Shown here: positions 37,353 through 47,644 of the stretch, piece after piece | How the letters are laid out: each line of letters starts with the position of its first letter | Numbering within the stretch: position 1 is the stretch's first letter | Source of the DNA: Candidatus Multivoradales bacterium | GTDB taxonomy: Bacteria; Acidobacteriota; Thermoanaerobaculia; Multivoradales; JAHEKO01 | Length of the DNA stretch: 64,000 bases | NCBI GenBank assembly: GCA_965248055.1 | Contig: CBDFIJ010000004.1 | Span: forward strand, 1,632,001-1,696,000 | Direction: 5' to 3' | Position numbers and translations under genes: made by a program | The notes under the pieces: model-generated | Seen by the model: the letters and a program-made list of their open reading frames with translations, nothing else | Database searches by the model: none | Told to the model about the DNA's origin: nothing

Positions 37353-39098
37353 ATGAAAAAGAACCTCCTTGCCGCGATCTTCATTATCGCATTCAGTCTC
37401 GTTGCCCAGATCGCTCAGTCTCAGTCTCAGCCTGGCGCCGAATCCGCTTCGGAAACTGGCTTCGTCGAGCAACTCGACGTCCGGGTGGTCAACGTCGATG
37501 TCTACGTCAGTGACAAAGATGGGCAACCGGTTAACGGTCTTACTGCCGATGACTTTTCGATGACGGTCGATGGCAGGCCGGTCGCGATCTCCAATTTCTA
37601 CGCAGTGGTAGACGCCAAACCATCTTTGGTGCGTTCCGTTTCGGGGCGTACCGAAATAGATTTGGTCGAGGAATCTCCAGTTGACCCATCCTCCACCGAA
37701 GCGGCCGCCGAGCTACCCGAAGATCAACGACTTTGGTTGATGATCTACGTTGACAACTACAACGTCGAAGCGATTCATCGTAATCGCGTCCTTCGAGAGA
37801 TGGTGACGTTTCTCAACGGCAGCTTGCAACCAGATGATCGGGTGATGATTGTCTCGTATGAGCGCAGCCTCCATACGCGTCATTCGTTCCACGACGATCC
37901 GTCAGCCGCCACAGAGGCCCTACTGGCGCTGCAGACCACCGCAACATTTCGCGAGCAACGCCAAGCCGAGTGGGAAGACTCGTTGGGTCTGATTGAAGAC
38001 TCTAGGGCTTTTCCCGAAGCTCTAGATTGGGCAGAAACTCACGCCGAATATATTGAGAACGAACGGTCATTCACACTCACGGCGCTGAACGGATTTGTCG
38101 ATAGCTTGCGTGGCCTTCCCGGCCGCAAGGCGCTGATCTATGTTAGCGATGGTATTCCTCTTCGAGCTGCCGATTCCCTGTTCCAGGCAGTCGATTATCG
38201 GTTTCGCGGCGGTGGCCATACCGGAGACGCACCGACAGGCAATCGAAGCGCAATCCTGAGCGGGTTTGAGTACGATTCGACCAATGATCTAGACCGCCTC
38301 GCGATCAAGGCTAGCAGCGCTCAAGTTGCTTTCTACCCGATCGACGCTGCCGGACAACGCGCCCCGATCATGCTCAACCCGCAATACGGAGATCTGCAAA
38401 TTCAAGGAATGGGAACTCTGGTGGGATCTGCGCGCAAAGCGAACCTACAGGGTTCTCTGGCCCGCATTGCTGAGAGAACTGGAGGTAAGGCTCTACTCAA
38501 TCGAACCAGGGCACTTCCAGGACTGGCAGAAATTGAACAAGGGCTTCGCAACTACTACTCGCTAGGCTTCACTCCTTCGACGGTAGCGGACAGTAGATTC
38601 CGTAACATCGAGGTCCGGCTGAAAAAGAAAGGCCTACGAGTTCGTCATCGCCAAGGGTACCGGGCTCTTTCCCTGGCCGAACGCTTGGCTGATAAGACCC
38701 ATGCAGCTCTCGTTCACAGCTTTGAAGATTCGTCAGAGGTTATCGACTTGGCGTTCGGGCGGGCGGGCGACGAAGAACACGGTCAATGGCTCCAACCCGT
38801 CGAGGTGCGCATTCCGCTGGGAGCTTTGACCTATGTCCCTCGGGACGACGGTGGTGAGTCCGCTCGCGTTCGCGTTGCGCTTGCCACCGCGGACGAGAAA
38901 GGTAGAACTTCTGCCGTGGATCAATCGACAATGACCATTGAGGTAGAACCGGAAGATGTTGGTCAAGTCGCCGACAAGCACTTCGTGGCGTCGTTTGAAC
39001 TCCTGATCCGCGAAGGCGGGCACAAGGTCGCCGCTACCGTCCACGATGAAACTAGTTCCAAGTCGTGGACCGAGTCAGGCGTAGTTTTGGTCAACTAG
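37353..39098 (+). CDS. Acidobacterial-type VWA domain protein (copy 3)
   Basis: Signal peptide, LDVRVVNVDVYVSDKDG, LPGRKALIYVSDG, FYPIDAAG, RTGG, YYSLGFTP. Confidence 0.88.
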   Translation: MKKNLLAAIFIIAFSLVAQIAQSQSQPGAESASETGFVEQLDVRVVNVDVYVSDKDGQPVNGLTADDFSMTVDGRPVAISNFYAVVDAKPSLVRSVSGRTEIDLVEESPVDPSSTEAAAELPEDQRLWLMIYVDNYNVEAIHRNRVLREMVTFLNGSLQPDDRVMIVSYERSLHTRHSFHDDPSAATEALLALQTTATFREQRQAEWEDSLGLIEDSRAFPEALDWAETHAEYIENERSFTLTALNGFVDSLRGLPGRKALIYVSDGIPLRAADSLFQAVDYRFRGGGHTGDAPTGNRSAILSGFEYDSTNDLDRLAIKASSAQVAFYPIDAAGQRAPIMLNPQYGDLQIQGMGTLVGSARKANLQGSLARIAERTGGKALLNRTRALPGLAEIEQGLRNYYSLGFTPSTVADSRFRNIEVRLKKKGLRVRHRQGYRALSLAERLADKTHAALVHSFEDSSEVIDLAFGRAGDEEHGQWLQPVEVRIPLGALTYVPRDDGGESARVRVALATADEKGRTSAVDQSTMTIEVEPEDVGQVADKHFVASFELLIREGGHKVAATVHDETSSKSWTESGVVLVN

Positions 39099-40717
39099 CT
39101 TGGAGGCGCGAAGACTTCTCCCCGTGCGAAAACAGGCCAAGGGGTGACCGGAACCCGCCCAGACTCCAGTGCAACTAACGTCTCGCGTAGATAACCAAAT
39201 TCCTCTCCAGACGCGCGAGCGATCTCGATCGCTTGGAGCTGTACTTGTGCAGCTTGGGTGAAGTCTCCTGCGGACGCCAGAGCCAGAGCTAGAGCGTCAG
39301 CGTGTCCTGGTGTCGGAAAAGCGTCAAATAGCGAGCGAGCGATCCCCAACGCTCGCTCCGCGTTTCTTGTTTGCGGGCAAGTCGCCAATAGTCGCGCCAA
39401 CGCATGAGCCGCAATCGCGTCATTGGGACGCTCCTCAACTCCCGCGGAAACCAGATAGGTAGCACCTTCACATTGACCCAGTAGACCCATCTGCGTCGCT
39501 TCGCTGACACGAAACTCGGCGATTTCCGGATATCCTTTTCTCAATTCTTGGTAAATCTCCAGAGCCAGCCCTGGACGCTGACTGTGCTCAAAGGCCTGAG
39601 CCAATGCAGCACGATCGGTTCGATCCGCACCATCCAGCTGAGTCACCACACGGAGTTCACGCTCCGCGGTCGGCCAGTCTCGTTCCTGAATCGCGATCTG
39701 GGCCAGAAGACGGCGAGCATCGAGGTTCTCTTCCGACAGAAACAGAGCTAACCGTAGCTGTTCCTCGGCCTTGTCGCTGGCGTTTCGATTCAGCAAAAGT
39801 TTAGCCCATGAAACTCTCGCCCCTGGGGACAACGGATCAATGGTGATCGCTCGGACCAATTGTTTCTCCGCTTGTTCAAAATCTTCCGCCTTGGCGCTCT
39901 CGCTCGCCTGACGCATAACATCGCTCCATCCCTCCCCGAGTTGATAGGTGCGAAGGAGAAGTGGGTCGTCCAAACGCACACCTTGATCGCCACTTTGGGC
40001 AAGCTGCTCAACCGCGTCTTCCTCGCGGCCTAGATCCCGGTAGGTCAACCCGAGCGGAGTTCGCACAGCGGCTGCTTCCGGTTGGATGTCGAGGACTCTT
40101 TGAAATAACGATACTGCTTGATCCAACCGACCGTCATTTCTTGCATCTTGGCCAAGAGCAAAGATTGCAGCAGCACAGTTTGGATCCTGTTCGAGAGCCT
40201 GGGTTAGCGATTCCAAAGCGCGTTCTCTGTCTTCTTGGTCTCGGAGGATCTCCCCCAAACGAACCAAAGACGGAACATCTCGCGGTTGCAATTCAGCTGA
40301 TCGTTCAAAGTCCTCCGTCGCCAAGATCAGATCATTCATTCGACGCAACGCCGTACCACGCAGAAAGAACCAACGGTAATCTACGCCATTCAAAGAAATC
40401 GCTTGGCGATAGAACTCCAGTGCTTCAGGAAACAGACCGTACGCGTGGTACAACATACCTACTTCTGCATAGGCCTCTGATTTCTTGTTCGCCGGAATTT
40501 CCAAATTGTCCTGAATACGTTGATTCCAAGCTTCTCGATCCCGCAGCCGCACTAAGACCGCCCCATCTAGGCGCTCCTCAAGAGTCATAACCTGTACCGG
40601 GGTCAGCTCCGGTGAAGTTGCGTTACTACCCGTAGCCGCAGATGACCGATCTGCACTCTCACCGCAACCGAAGCAGACGGTTAACAGCACGATGGCAATT
40701 CTCGCCTTACAATTCAT
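39095..40717 (-). CDS. TPR-repeat lipoprotein (family A copy 3)
   Basis: Lipobox-like FGC; TPRs; C-terminal ALALASAGDFTQAAQVQ; ATG 40717 overlaps the upstream ASPIC/UnbV stop. Confidence 0.83.
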   Translation of the reverse strand: MNCKARIAIVLLTVCFGCGESADRSSAATGSNATSPELTPVQVMTLEERLDGAVLVRLRDREAWNQRIQDNLEIPANKKSEAYAEVGMLYHAYGLFPEALEFYRQAISLNGVDYRWFFLRGTALRRMNDLILATEDFERSAELQPRDVPSLVRLGEILRDQEDRERALESLTQALEQDPNCAAAIFALGQDARNDGRLDQAVSLFQRVLDIQPEAAAVRTPLGLTYRDLGREEDAVEQLAQSGDQGVRLDDPLLLRTYQLGEGWSDVMRQASESAKAEDFEQAEKQLVRAITIDPLSPGARVSWAKLLLNRNASDKAEEQLRLALFLSEENLDARRLLAQIAIQERDWPTAERELRVVTQLDGADRTDRAALAQAFEHSQRPGLALEIYQELRKGYPEIAEFRVSEATQMGLLGQCEGATYLVSAGVEERPNDAIAAHALARLLATCPQTRNAERALGIARSLFDAFPTPGHADALALALASAGDFTQAAQVQLQAIEIARASGEEFGYLRETLVALESGRVPVTPWPVFARGEVFAPPS

Positions 40718-42407
40718 GGCAGGTATCAGAACTCGGTTCAAGGGTAGTGTAACGCCCTTGTGGCGGAACCGAACATACAACGACCTTGCCCGTTGGCCAT
40801 TCGATCACCAGCCGAGATGGCTTCGCAGTACCAACGAGTCCAAAGATTACGCGTGGATCGTGAGCGGAGAGGAAACTGCCTGACGTTTGCACGGTCCGAA
40901 GAATCTGACTGCCGTCCGCGAAGTAGAGGTGAACCACAGCACCCAGCGCTGGCCGAGCTTGTTGAGAGTCCATTCTAAGATCCAGCCCCAACCATTGACC
41001 TGTCGGCTCCAGCTGGTTAATCAACAGTTCGACCGGCCCATTGTTATTGGTTATCAGTGCGTCGATATCGCCATCATTGTCTATGTCACCGGAGGCGACA
41101 CCTCGGCTGACTCGCAGCCGCTGCAAAGCCGAGAAAGCCGAAGTCGTCAGCTCTTCAAACCGTCCATCACCTTGATTGCCAAATAGTTGATTTGGCTGAC
41201 TCAAAGCCAGCAGATCGCCGGCTTCCAATTGTTCTTGAATCCGACGCACCGATCCGTTCGCCACCAATAGGTCGAGATCCGAATCGTTGTCGTAGTCCAG
41301 AGCGCGGGTTCCAAACGAAGTAAACGGCAAGCTCGATGGCCCGAGCTGAGTCATCGAGGTGGTATCGGAAAAGACCCCATTGGCGCGCCCGGAATAGAGG
41401 GTATTGGTTTCATTCTTGAGATGGGTGAGGAAGATGTCGAGGATGCCATCCGAATTGAGGTCTGCCACCTCGACTCCCATGCTGGCTTCCGCCATTCCTT
41501 CTGCATTGACGCTGGTGCCGCTGATGCGAGAGCGGTTCTCGAAAGTTCCGTCTCCCAAGTTTACCCACAAGTAGTTTTCCATCTGGTCGTTAGCGACGTA
41601 TAGATCGACTAAGCCGTCGCCATTGAAATCCGCCGAAACGGCTCCCAAGCATGCACCCTCGAGACCAGCGATTCCAGACGTCGTTGAAACATCTTCAAAC
41701 CGACCATTTCCAAGGTTACGAAACAGTCTGTCGGAAAGAGCTGGAAAGGTCTTTGGGCCACAGTAATCTTCTATTCCGCTGTAAGCCGTACATCGGTAGT
41801 GGTTGTTGATCGTCGAATCAATATATGCGCCAACAAATAAATCCAAATAGCCGTCCCGGTCATAGTCAAAAAACACTGCCGTAGTATTCCAGCGGCTATC
41901 GCCGACCCCGGCTTTGACGGTTACATCTTCAAATGTCCCGTCTCCTAGGTTTCGTAGGAGTCGATTGTCTGTGTAGCTTGTCAGGTAGAGATCGATCCAG
42001 CCGTCATTGTCAAAATCTCCGGTTGCAACTCCTTGTCCGTAGCTATATCGCTCCGGCAGGGCAGTTGCTGAAACATCCTCAAACCGTAGGCTGCCATCTT
42101 CTACCAGTTGATTTTGGAACAATCGATCGTTCCCCAGCGCTGTTGTAGCCGAAGTCAACCGCGGACCAAGCTGTCCACCATCAACAAGAAACACGTCGAG
42201 GTCCCCGTCATTATCGAAATCGAACAGCGCCGCCCCCGACCCAACCATTTCCACCATATAGATCTCGCCCGTCATCCCGTTGTTGTGAACAAAGTCCAAG
42301 CCAAGGCTTGTAGCCGAATCAACAAACAGTTCGTGCGGACCTTCGATCTCAGTTGACCGCGAACACGAAAACACGACGATCAAAATCGCCGTTAGAGACG
42401 CTGACAC
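40707..42407 (-). CDS. CRTAC1-family protein (FG-GAP + ASPIC/UnbV), copy 2
   Basis: FSC lipobox-like; DFDNDGDLDVF, DFDNDGWIDLY, DYDRDGYLDLF repeats; HDPRVIFGL. Confidence 0.9.
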   Translation of the reverse strand: MSASLTAILIVVFSCSRSTEIEGPHELFVDSATSLGLDFVHNNGMTGEIYMVEMVGSGAALFDFDNDGDLDVFLVDGGQLGPRLTSATTALGNDRLFQNQLVEDGSLRFEDVSATALPERYSYGQGVATGDFDNDGWIDLYLTSYTDNRLLRNLGDGTFEDVTVKAGVGDSRWNTTAVFFDYDRDGYLDLFVGAYIDSTINNHYRCTAYSGIEDYCGPKTFPALSDRLFRNLGNGRFEDVSTTSGIAGLEGACLGAVSADFNGDGLVDLYVANDQMENYLWVNLGDGTFENRSRISGTSVNAEGMAEASMGVEVADLNSDGILDIFLTHLKNETNTLYSGRANGVFSDTTSMTQLGPSSLPFTSFGTRALDYDNDSDLDLLVANGSVRRIQEQLEAGDLLALSQPNQLFGNQGDGRFEELTTSAFSALQRLRVSRGVASGDIDNDGDIDALITNNNGPVELLINQLEPTGQWLGLDLRMDSQQARPALGAVVHLYFADGSQILRTVQTSGSFLSAHDPRVIFGLVGTAKPSRLVIEWPTGKVVVCSVPPQGRYTTLEPSSDTCHEL

Positions 42408-42442
42408 CTCCCAATGGCTCCATTTTCGTCCGGCTCTCAGGT

Positions 42443-44563
42443 CTATTCCTCCGGCAGCCGTTCGGCTCTACGACGCCATTCCTGAGCACCTTGGGTATCG
42501 CCAAGCCTGTCGGCCGTTTGGGCGACAAATGAATAGCCAGCCGGCGTTTTGGATGCCATGGCCATTCGATCCAGCAAAGGGTCGATTTCGTCAAACCTCC
42601 TTTCCGCTGCCAGCACAAAAGCAAGCTTCTCGTACGCTCTTACATTCGCGGGATAATCACTGATTTCTTGTTCGAACGCAACTACAGCTTCACTATTTGT
42701 TCCTAGCCGGGCCAACGCTTCTCCGCGCTCATAGCTAAGCCATGGAATCGTCCCTTCGCCGCGGCCCTGCAATCGAGATCTAAGACTCGCCAAGGTGTTC
42801 AGCGCTTGTTGGTATTCCTGGCGAGTGTTGTGGATCTGCGCCAGAAATAACAGTTGATCCGGTCTTGGAACGCTCTCGGCCTCAACCGCCCGACGACCTT
42901 GACGCAGCGCCTCATCCAAATCGCCGATCACAAGCGCTATGCGAGCCAAGACGTGAGCCGACTCAACCGGCAAAACCTCGCTGCTGAGTTCTGCGTGAGC
43001 TCTCGCTTCATCAGTTTCTCCTTGGTCCAATAGGATGCGCGCTATCTCAATGATCACTCCTGGGATCGGTACCGGCGCTTGTTCCAGCGCCAGGCGGTGC
43101 TGCTCCAGTGCTTCGTCCGCTCGGCCTAGAGTCCTTAGTGCCGACGCCAACTGATAGCGGGCGTCGAGCATCGAAGGGTAACGGTCCACCAACTGGGACA
43201 AGATCGCTACCGCACCCTCGTGGTCGCCCGCCCTGCCGAGCTTGAGAGCGTCATCAATCGCCTTGATACTTCCCACGTGTTCCCTTGGGTCCTGAGTTAG
43301 ATTTTCGGTGGTTGCGAAACCGGTGAGGTAGCCCAATGCAGCCAACTTAGCTTGAGCTTCCTCGGAGACAGCTACCTTCGGTCCATTGTCGACCGTCGAA
43401 AAGCTATCGAGCGTCGTCCTTAGATGAGTGGCGACTGGACGATTGGCCAAAAGCAAGTTGTGCTCCTCCGCTGGATCGCCGACATAATCAAACAACTCGG
43501 GATTGGGCTCTGACACGTAGTGGTACTGACCATCGACTAACCCTCTCAACTCCGCCCAGCCAAAATGAAGTCGCGGATAGAGCGTTTCGATATACAAAGG
43601 ACGCCCCGCAGGCTCAAGGTCGGAGAGCGAAATACCGTCCATAGGTTCCTCGCTCCGCACCCCCGCAATGCTCAAGATAGTCGGCGCAACGTCTACGATC
43701 TGAACCGGAGTATCGACGCTACCACCGCGGTCTCTATTGTCTGGAAATTTGATAACCAGGGGGATTTGCACTGTCTGGCGATAGAGCAGAATACCGTGCT
43801 CGCGCTCTCCATGCTCTCCAAGACCTTCGCCATGGTCGGCGACCAGAATGACAAGAGAAGGGTCATACAATGAGCGGTCCCGCAACCCGTCCAAAAACTC
43901 ACCTAAGATCCCATCGGTTTCGACGATCTCACCGTCGTAGGTATCGCCCCATCGCGCAGCAATCTCAGCTGAAGGTGCGTACGGAGCGTGGGGTTCGAAT
44001 AGATGGATAAAGGCGAAAAATGGTCCGTTTTGTTGATCGATCCAGGTCAGGGCGGCGTTGGTAGTCTCACTTCCTGGACGTTGAATCTCGGCCATGGTTC
44101 TGTTCTCGACCGCCTCAAACCGATCGTCATAGTGATCGAAGGTCGCTCCCAAGCCAGCTGCCGTCCTGAGGACAAAACTGGAGACGAAACCGCCGGTGGC
44201 GTAACCCACCGCACCGAGGACACCGCCCAACGAAGCCACAGAGGTTGCTTCAAATCGATAGCCAACGTTGTCGCGCACCCGATGCCGTGTGGGCAGCAAC
44301 CCGGTTAGCAAGGAACTGTGGGCGGGTAGGGTCAGTGGGGACACCGTGAAAGCGCGGTGGAACAGAACTCCATCCTTGCGGAATCTGTCAATCGCAGGGG
44401 TCTCAATCTGATGATACCCGTAGACCGGCAGATGGTCGGAACGCAGAGTGTCGACTGAGATCAAGATGATTGAAGGGCTCTCGCTGGGAAGATCGGACGA
44501 ACAAGCCAGCAACAGCGTAGCGCCAAACGTTAGAAAAACGTGATTGATTGAGTGCGAACGCAT
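42443..44563 (-). CDS. Sulfatase-like alkaline-phosphatase-superfamily hydrolase (Thr nucleophile) + TPR, lipoprotein
   Basis: LLAC lipobox; ISVDTLRSD, TLPAHSSLLTG, FEPHAPY, ADHGEGLGEHGE; C-terminal TPRs. Confidence 0.88.
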   Translation of the reverse strand: MRSHSINHVFLTFGATLLLACSSDLPSESPSIILISVDTLRSDHLPVYGYHQIETPAIDRFRKDGVLFHRAFTVSPLTLPAHSSLLTGLLPTRHRVRDNVGYRFEATSVASLGGVLGAVGYATGGFVSSFVLRTAAGLGATFDHYDDRFEAVENRTMAEIQRPGSETTNAALTWIDQQNGPFFAFIHLFEPHAPYAPSAEIAARWGDTYDGEIVETDGILGEFLDGLRDRSLYDPSLVILVADHGEGLGEHGEREHGILLYRQTVQIPLVIKFPDNRDRGGSVDTPVQIVDVAPTILSIAGVRSEEPMDGISLSDLEPAGRPLYIETLYPRLHFGWAELRGLVDGQYHYVSEPNPELFDYVGDPAEEHNLLLANRPVATHLRTTLDSFSTVDNGPKVAVSEEAQAKLAALGYLTGFATTENLTQDPREHVGSIKAIDDALKLGRAGDHEGAVAILSQLVDRYPSMLDARYQLASALRTLGRADEALEQHRLALEQAPVPIPGVIIEIARILLDQGETDEARAHAELSSEVLPVESAHVLARIALVIGDLDEALRQGRRAVEAESVPRPDQLLFLAQIHNTRQEYQQALNTLASLRSRLQGRGEGTIPWLSYERGEALARLGTNSEAVVAFEQEISDYPANVRAYEKLAFVLAAERRFDEIDPLLDRMAMASKTPAGYSFVAQTADRLGDTQGAQEWRRRAERLPEE

Positions 44564-44592
44564 TGCTCGAATCGTAACTGCAACAAGGGGTC

Positions 44593-44622
44593 AAAGAAAA
44601 GGGGCGGCCAAAGCCGCCCCTT
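44593..44622 (-). terminator. Rho-independent terminator after TonB-dependent receptor 2
   Basis: Minus strand AAGGGGCGGC-TTTG-GCCGCCCCTT-TTCTTT. Confidence 0.85.
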
Positions 44623-44646
44623 GGAAAAGCCTACGTGCTGCCTAGC

Positions 44647-47532
44647 TTAGAAGCGGAAACCAACCGCGAAGCGGTACTCACGAGGAGTTACGTAATCCGC
44701 GTTGTTGCGCGCGTTACCGAACGAAGCAGCTTGCGTGAAGGTTGTCGGACGACCCAATGAATCGAGCGGACCCGCTCTATTCGCTGAAATCGTGGTATCC
44801 CAGAAGATCTGCTTATCTTCATTAAGGATATTGAAGACCTCGGCCTTGACATAAAAATCTAAAGCTTTGACGGTCGGAATGCTGTAATTGAGCGCCAAAT
44901 CGAATGTCGTCCAACTGGCGAAATCACCAGCTCCTCGGTCGCCGAAAAACAGCGTAGGCGTGGCTGGGGGATTGGCGTATCCCGCAGCACTAATTAATCC
45001 TCGCTGTATCGAGGTCAATGGAAACCTGGTGCTGAAGTCGAATACACCGCCCGACTCATAATTGCCAAGCAGACTGGTTGACAAGCTACCGCCACGACCA
45101 AAGTTGAAGTTGTAGCGAGCCCACAGTCGAATCTTGTCCTCAGTGAACTCGTCGAGGCGCCCCAACGGCGCATTGCGGCGGTCCAAAGCCTCCGGAAAAT
45201 CGCCAAAAGTCGAAGCGCCGAAACTTTGACCGGTTTCGCCTTCATAGTCACCATCATTCTTGAACTGATGCGTCCAATGACCTTCGATCGAAAGCTTTTC
45301 GGTGATGTTGTATCGACCCTGCAGGATTCCTGCTTGATATTCCCGGGTTGGTGAATCAGTGTTGTCATACACAACGTTGTTTAGCGTGATCGGTCGAATC
45401 CCGAGGTCAGGGCGGTTGACGGTGGTACTACCGTTCACCGCCAGAAACAGATCTTCGACAAAGTTGTCGGTCGAGCGATCGACAAAAGTGGCTTCAAAAT
45501 AGCCTCCTTTAGGCAGCTCAATACCTCCCTGCAGAGTGAACTCTTGCACTGTCGGTGAACTCACGTTTTCGTTAAAGAACACATTCGCAGTAGGAAAAGC
45601 GCCCGCAAAAAAGCCCCAGGCGTTGGGATCGAAGCCACCGTTAGGGTCGCCCGGTGTTCCGTAGTAGTAGCCATAGACGTAACTAGGGGTACCGACATTG
45701 GTCACAGCGGCGTAGTTGTTGCCACCAAAGCCGTAGCCACCGGCATACTCACCGTAGGTTCCGGTTACGCGGTACCTGCCATCGCCCTTGACATCATAGG
45801 TCGCCGCTAGCCTTGGCACGATCGCGTCCGTGGATACCGGCTCTGCACCGGCGTTGGTGCCGCTACTGATATCCTCATAACGAAGACCTAGGTTAAATGA
45901 CCAGTGATCATCCAGCTGCCAACGATCATTGACATAAAAGGATTGGGTCTGCAACTGCAGTTCTGCCCCGCGAACGGCTTCGAAGAAGACTCCTAGGCTG
46001 CTCGGCTGCGGGTTGGGGATCAGATCGCCATCCGCGCCTATCACCACGTTACCGCTAGCATCCAGCAACGGATCAATGAATAACACCCAATCGGTAGCCG
46101 TCTGCGAGTTACCACCGACATTGATGTTGGTAAATTCTTCTACACCGAACCGCAAGTCATGGGTGCCGTGATTGGTGTCGCCAAAATAAGAGACGCTTGC
46201 CGCAGTCTGTTCATTGTCTCGATCCTCCGGGTCGGTGGCGTCAAAGTAAACCGCGTTGTAAGAGCAGCCCGCCTGATTCCAGCAGCGAATCGGCGAATCG
46301 CTGATGTCGGTGCCGACCGATGATTGGGGAATATGGCGGAAACCAAATTGCTTCTCCGAATATTGGGCATCGGCAAACACAGACGGGGTCCAGACACCGT
46401 TGTAGTTGAACTTAGTCAACTCCTGAGGAAATTCAATGCTCTCGATGGTTTGCAGCGTCGATCCAGAACCCAAAGACGGACGTACCACGGCGCGATCGCG
46501 TTCCATGAATCCGGCGCTTAGGTTGTGTTTCTCTGCTACGGTCGCGGTCAGTTTACCTTCCAAACGCTCATCATCATCTGGTTGTGAAAACGGAATTCCA
46601 GTGCGCGCCAAGAGGATTTGGGTAGTTCGTGAAGTGTCACGACCGGCGGCGAAAAACCATAATTGGTCTTCGATGATCTTGCCGCCCAACGTGCCAGAGT
46701 AAATATCACTGCGATCATTGGCCCGCTCAACTCCGTTGGTATCCTCTAGCGGCGTCTCTTCGCGCCACAAGGGATTGGTGGTGTCGAGGCGGAGGCTACC
46801 GGAGAATTCGTTGCCTCCACTCTTGGTGATCGCGTTGACGACTCCTCCTGAGAAACGGCCGTACTCGGCCGAGATTCCAGAGGTCAGAACTTGAGTCTCC
46901 TCTATCGCATCCTCGATAAACAGGGAAGTAGCAGTAGCGAATATCGGGTCAGTAATGTCTACGCCATCGAGCAGGAATACTGAGTCAAACTGAAATCCGC
47001 CACTGATAGAAACCTGGCCAGCCACCTGAGAGGTACTGCCCTGGGTCAAACCTGGAGATAGGTCGGCGATTGCCGCCATGCTCCGGTTGCCGGTCGGCAG
47101 GGTGTCAACTTCTTCAGCGCTGAGGTTGATCCCTACAGTTGGAGTTTCCAGCGCACTCACCGATTCTCCGGTGACTACGATGAGGTCTTCAAAATTGGCT
47201 GGTAACTGGGCTGAGACTTCTGCGCTCTGGCCTAGCTCCAAGGTCTGAGTCGTTTCGACGGTCGACATTCCGTCCATAGTCACAGTAACCGTGTAGTCAC
47301 CGCGAGGAAGGCCACGAAGAACGTAGGATCCGTTCCCGCTAGTTACTGTCTCCCGGACTCCTTGAAGGGAATCCGAGGCTGCTGTTACCACTGCGCCAGG
47401 AAGCGCTCCGCCATCTTCGTCCGTCACTGTTCCACGAATGGTCCCGGACTGAGTGCCCTGAGCCAACATTGGAGTAACAAGTACGAAAGATGCAACGAGT
47501 AACAGGTTTGCAAAATTTACCTTTCTACTCAA
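44647..47532 (-). CDS. Oar-like TonB-dependent receptor (copy 2)
   Basis: TTG start with GAAAGGAGA RBS; LPGAVVT...LPRGDYTVT; ISAEYGRFSGGVVNAITKSGGN; ends YRFAVGFRF. Confidence 0.92.
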   Translation of the reverse strand: MSRKVNFANLLLVASFVLVTPMLAQGTQSGTIRGTVTDEDGGALPGAVVTAASDSLQGVRETVTSGNGSYVLRGLPRGDYTVTVTMDGMSTVETTQTLELGQSAEVSAQLPANFEDLIVVTGESVSALETPTVGINLSAEEVDTLPTGNRSMAAIADLSPGLTQGSTSQVAGQVSISGGFQFDSVFLLDGVDITDPIFATATSLFIEDAIEETQVLTSGISAEYGRFSGGVVNAITKSGGNEFSGSLRLDTTNPLWREETPLEDTNGVERANDRSDIYSGTLGGKIIEDQLWFFAAGRDTSRTTQILLARTGIPFSQPDDDERLEGKLTATVAEKHNLSAGFMERDRAVVRPSLGSGSTLQTIESIEFPQELTKFNYNGVWTPSVFADAQYSEKQFGFRHIPQSSVGTDISDSPIRCWNQAGCSYNAVYFDATDPEDRDNEQTAASVSYFGDTNHGTHDLRFGVEEFTNINVGGNSQTATDWVLFIDPLLDASGNVVIGADGDLIPNPQPSSLGVFFEAVRGAELQLQTQSFYVNDRWQLDDHWSFNLGLRYEDISSGTNAGAEPVSTDAIVPRLAATYDVKGDGRYRVTGTYGEYAGGYGFGGNNYAAVTNVGTPSYVYGYYYGTPGDPNGGFDPNAWGFFAGAFPTANVFFNENVSSPTVQEFTLQGGIELPKGGYFEATFVDRSTDNFVEDLFLAVNGSTTVNRPDLGIRPITLNNVVYDNTDSPTREYQAGILQGRYNITEKLSIEGHWTHQFKNDGDYEGETGQSFGASTFGDFPEALDRRNAPLGRLDEFTEDKIRLWARYNFNFGRGGSLSTSLLGNYESGGVFDFSTRFPLTSIQRGLISAAGYANPPATPTLFFGDRGAGDFASWTTFDLALNYSIPTVKALDFYVKAEVFNILNEDKQIFWDTTISANRAGPLDSLGRPTTFTQAASFGNARNNADYVTPREYRFAVGFRF

Positions 47533-47591
47533 AATCTTTCTCCTTTCGATTCAAGCAACCAATCATCGGCCACTTGGAATACAGAGAAAGG

Positions 47592-47607
47592 AGCAACCGT
47601 TGTACCA
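47592..47607 (-). promoter_or_regulatory. sigma54 (-24/-12) promoter motif of receptor 2
   Basis: Minus strand TGGTAC-AACGG-TTGCT, exact spacing, ~60 nt upstream of the start. Confidence 0.7.
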
Positions 47608-47644
47608 GTGTGCCAACACAATAAAAATCTCATAAGTTATTTTA

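Noticed and set aside
47601-47615. Perfect TGGCAC (-24-like) hexamer on the minus strand upstream of receptor 2
   Set aside because: Its -12 position reads TACA, not TTGC. The overlapping TGGTAC-N5-TTGCT 8 nt downstream has the correct spacing and was reported instead.
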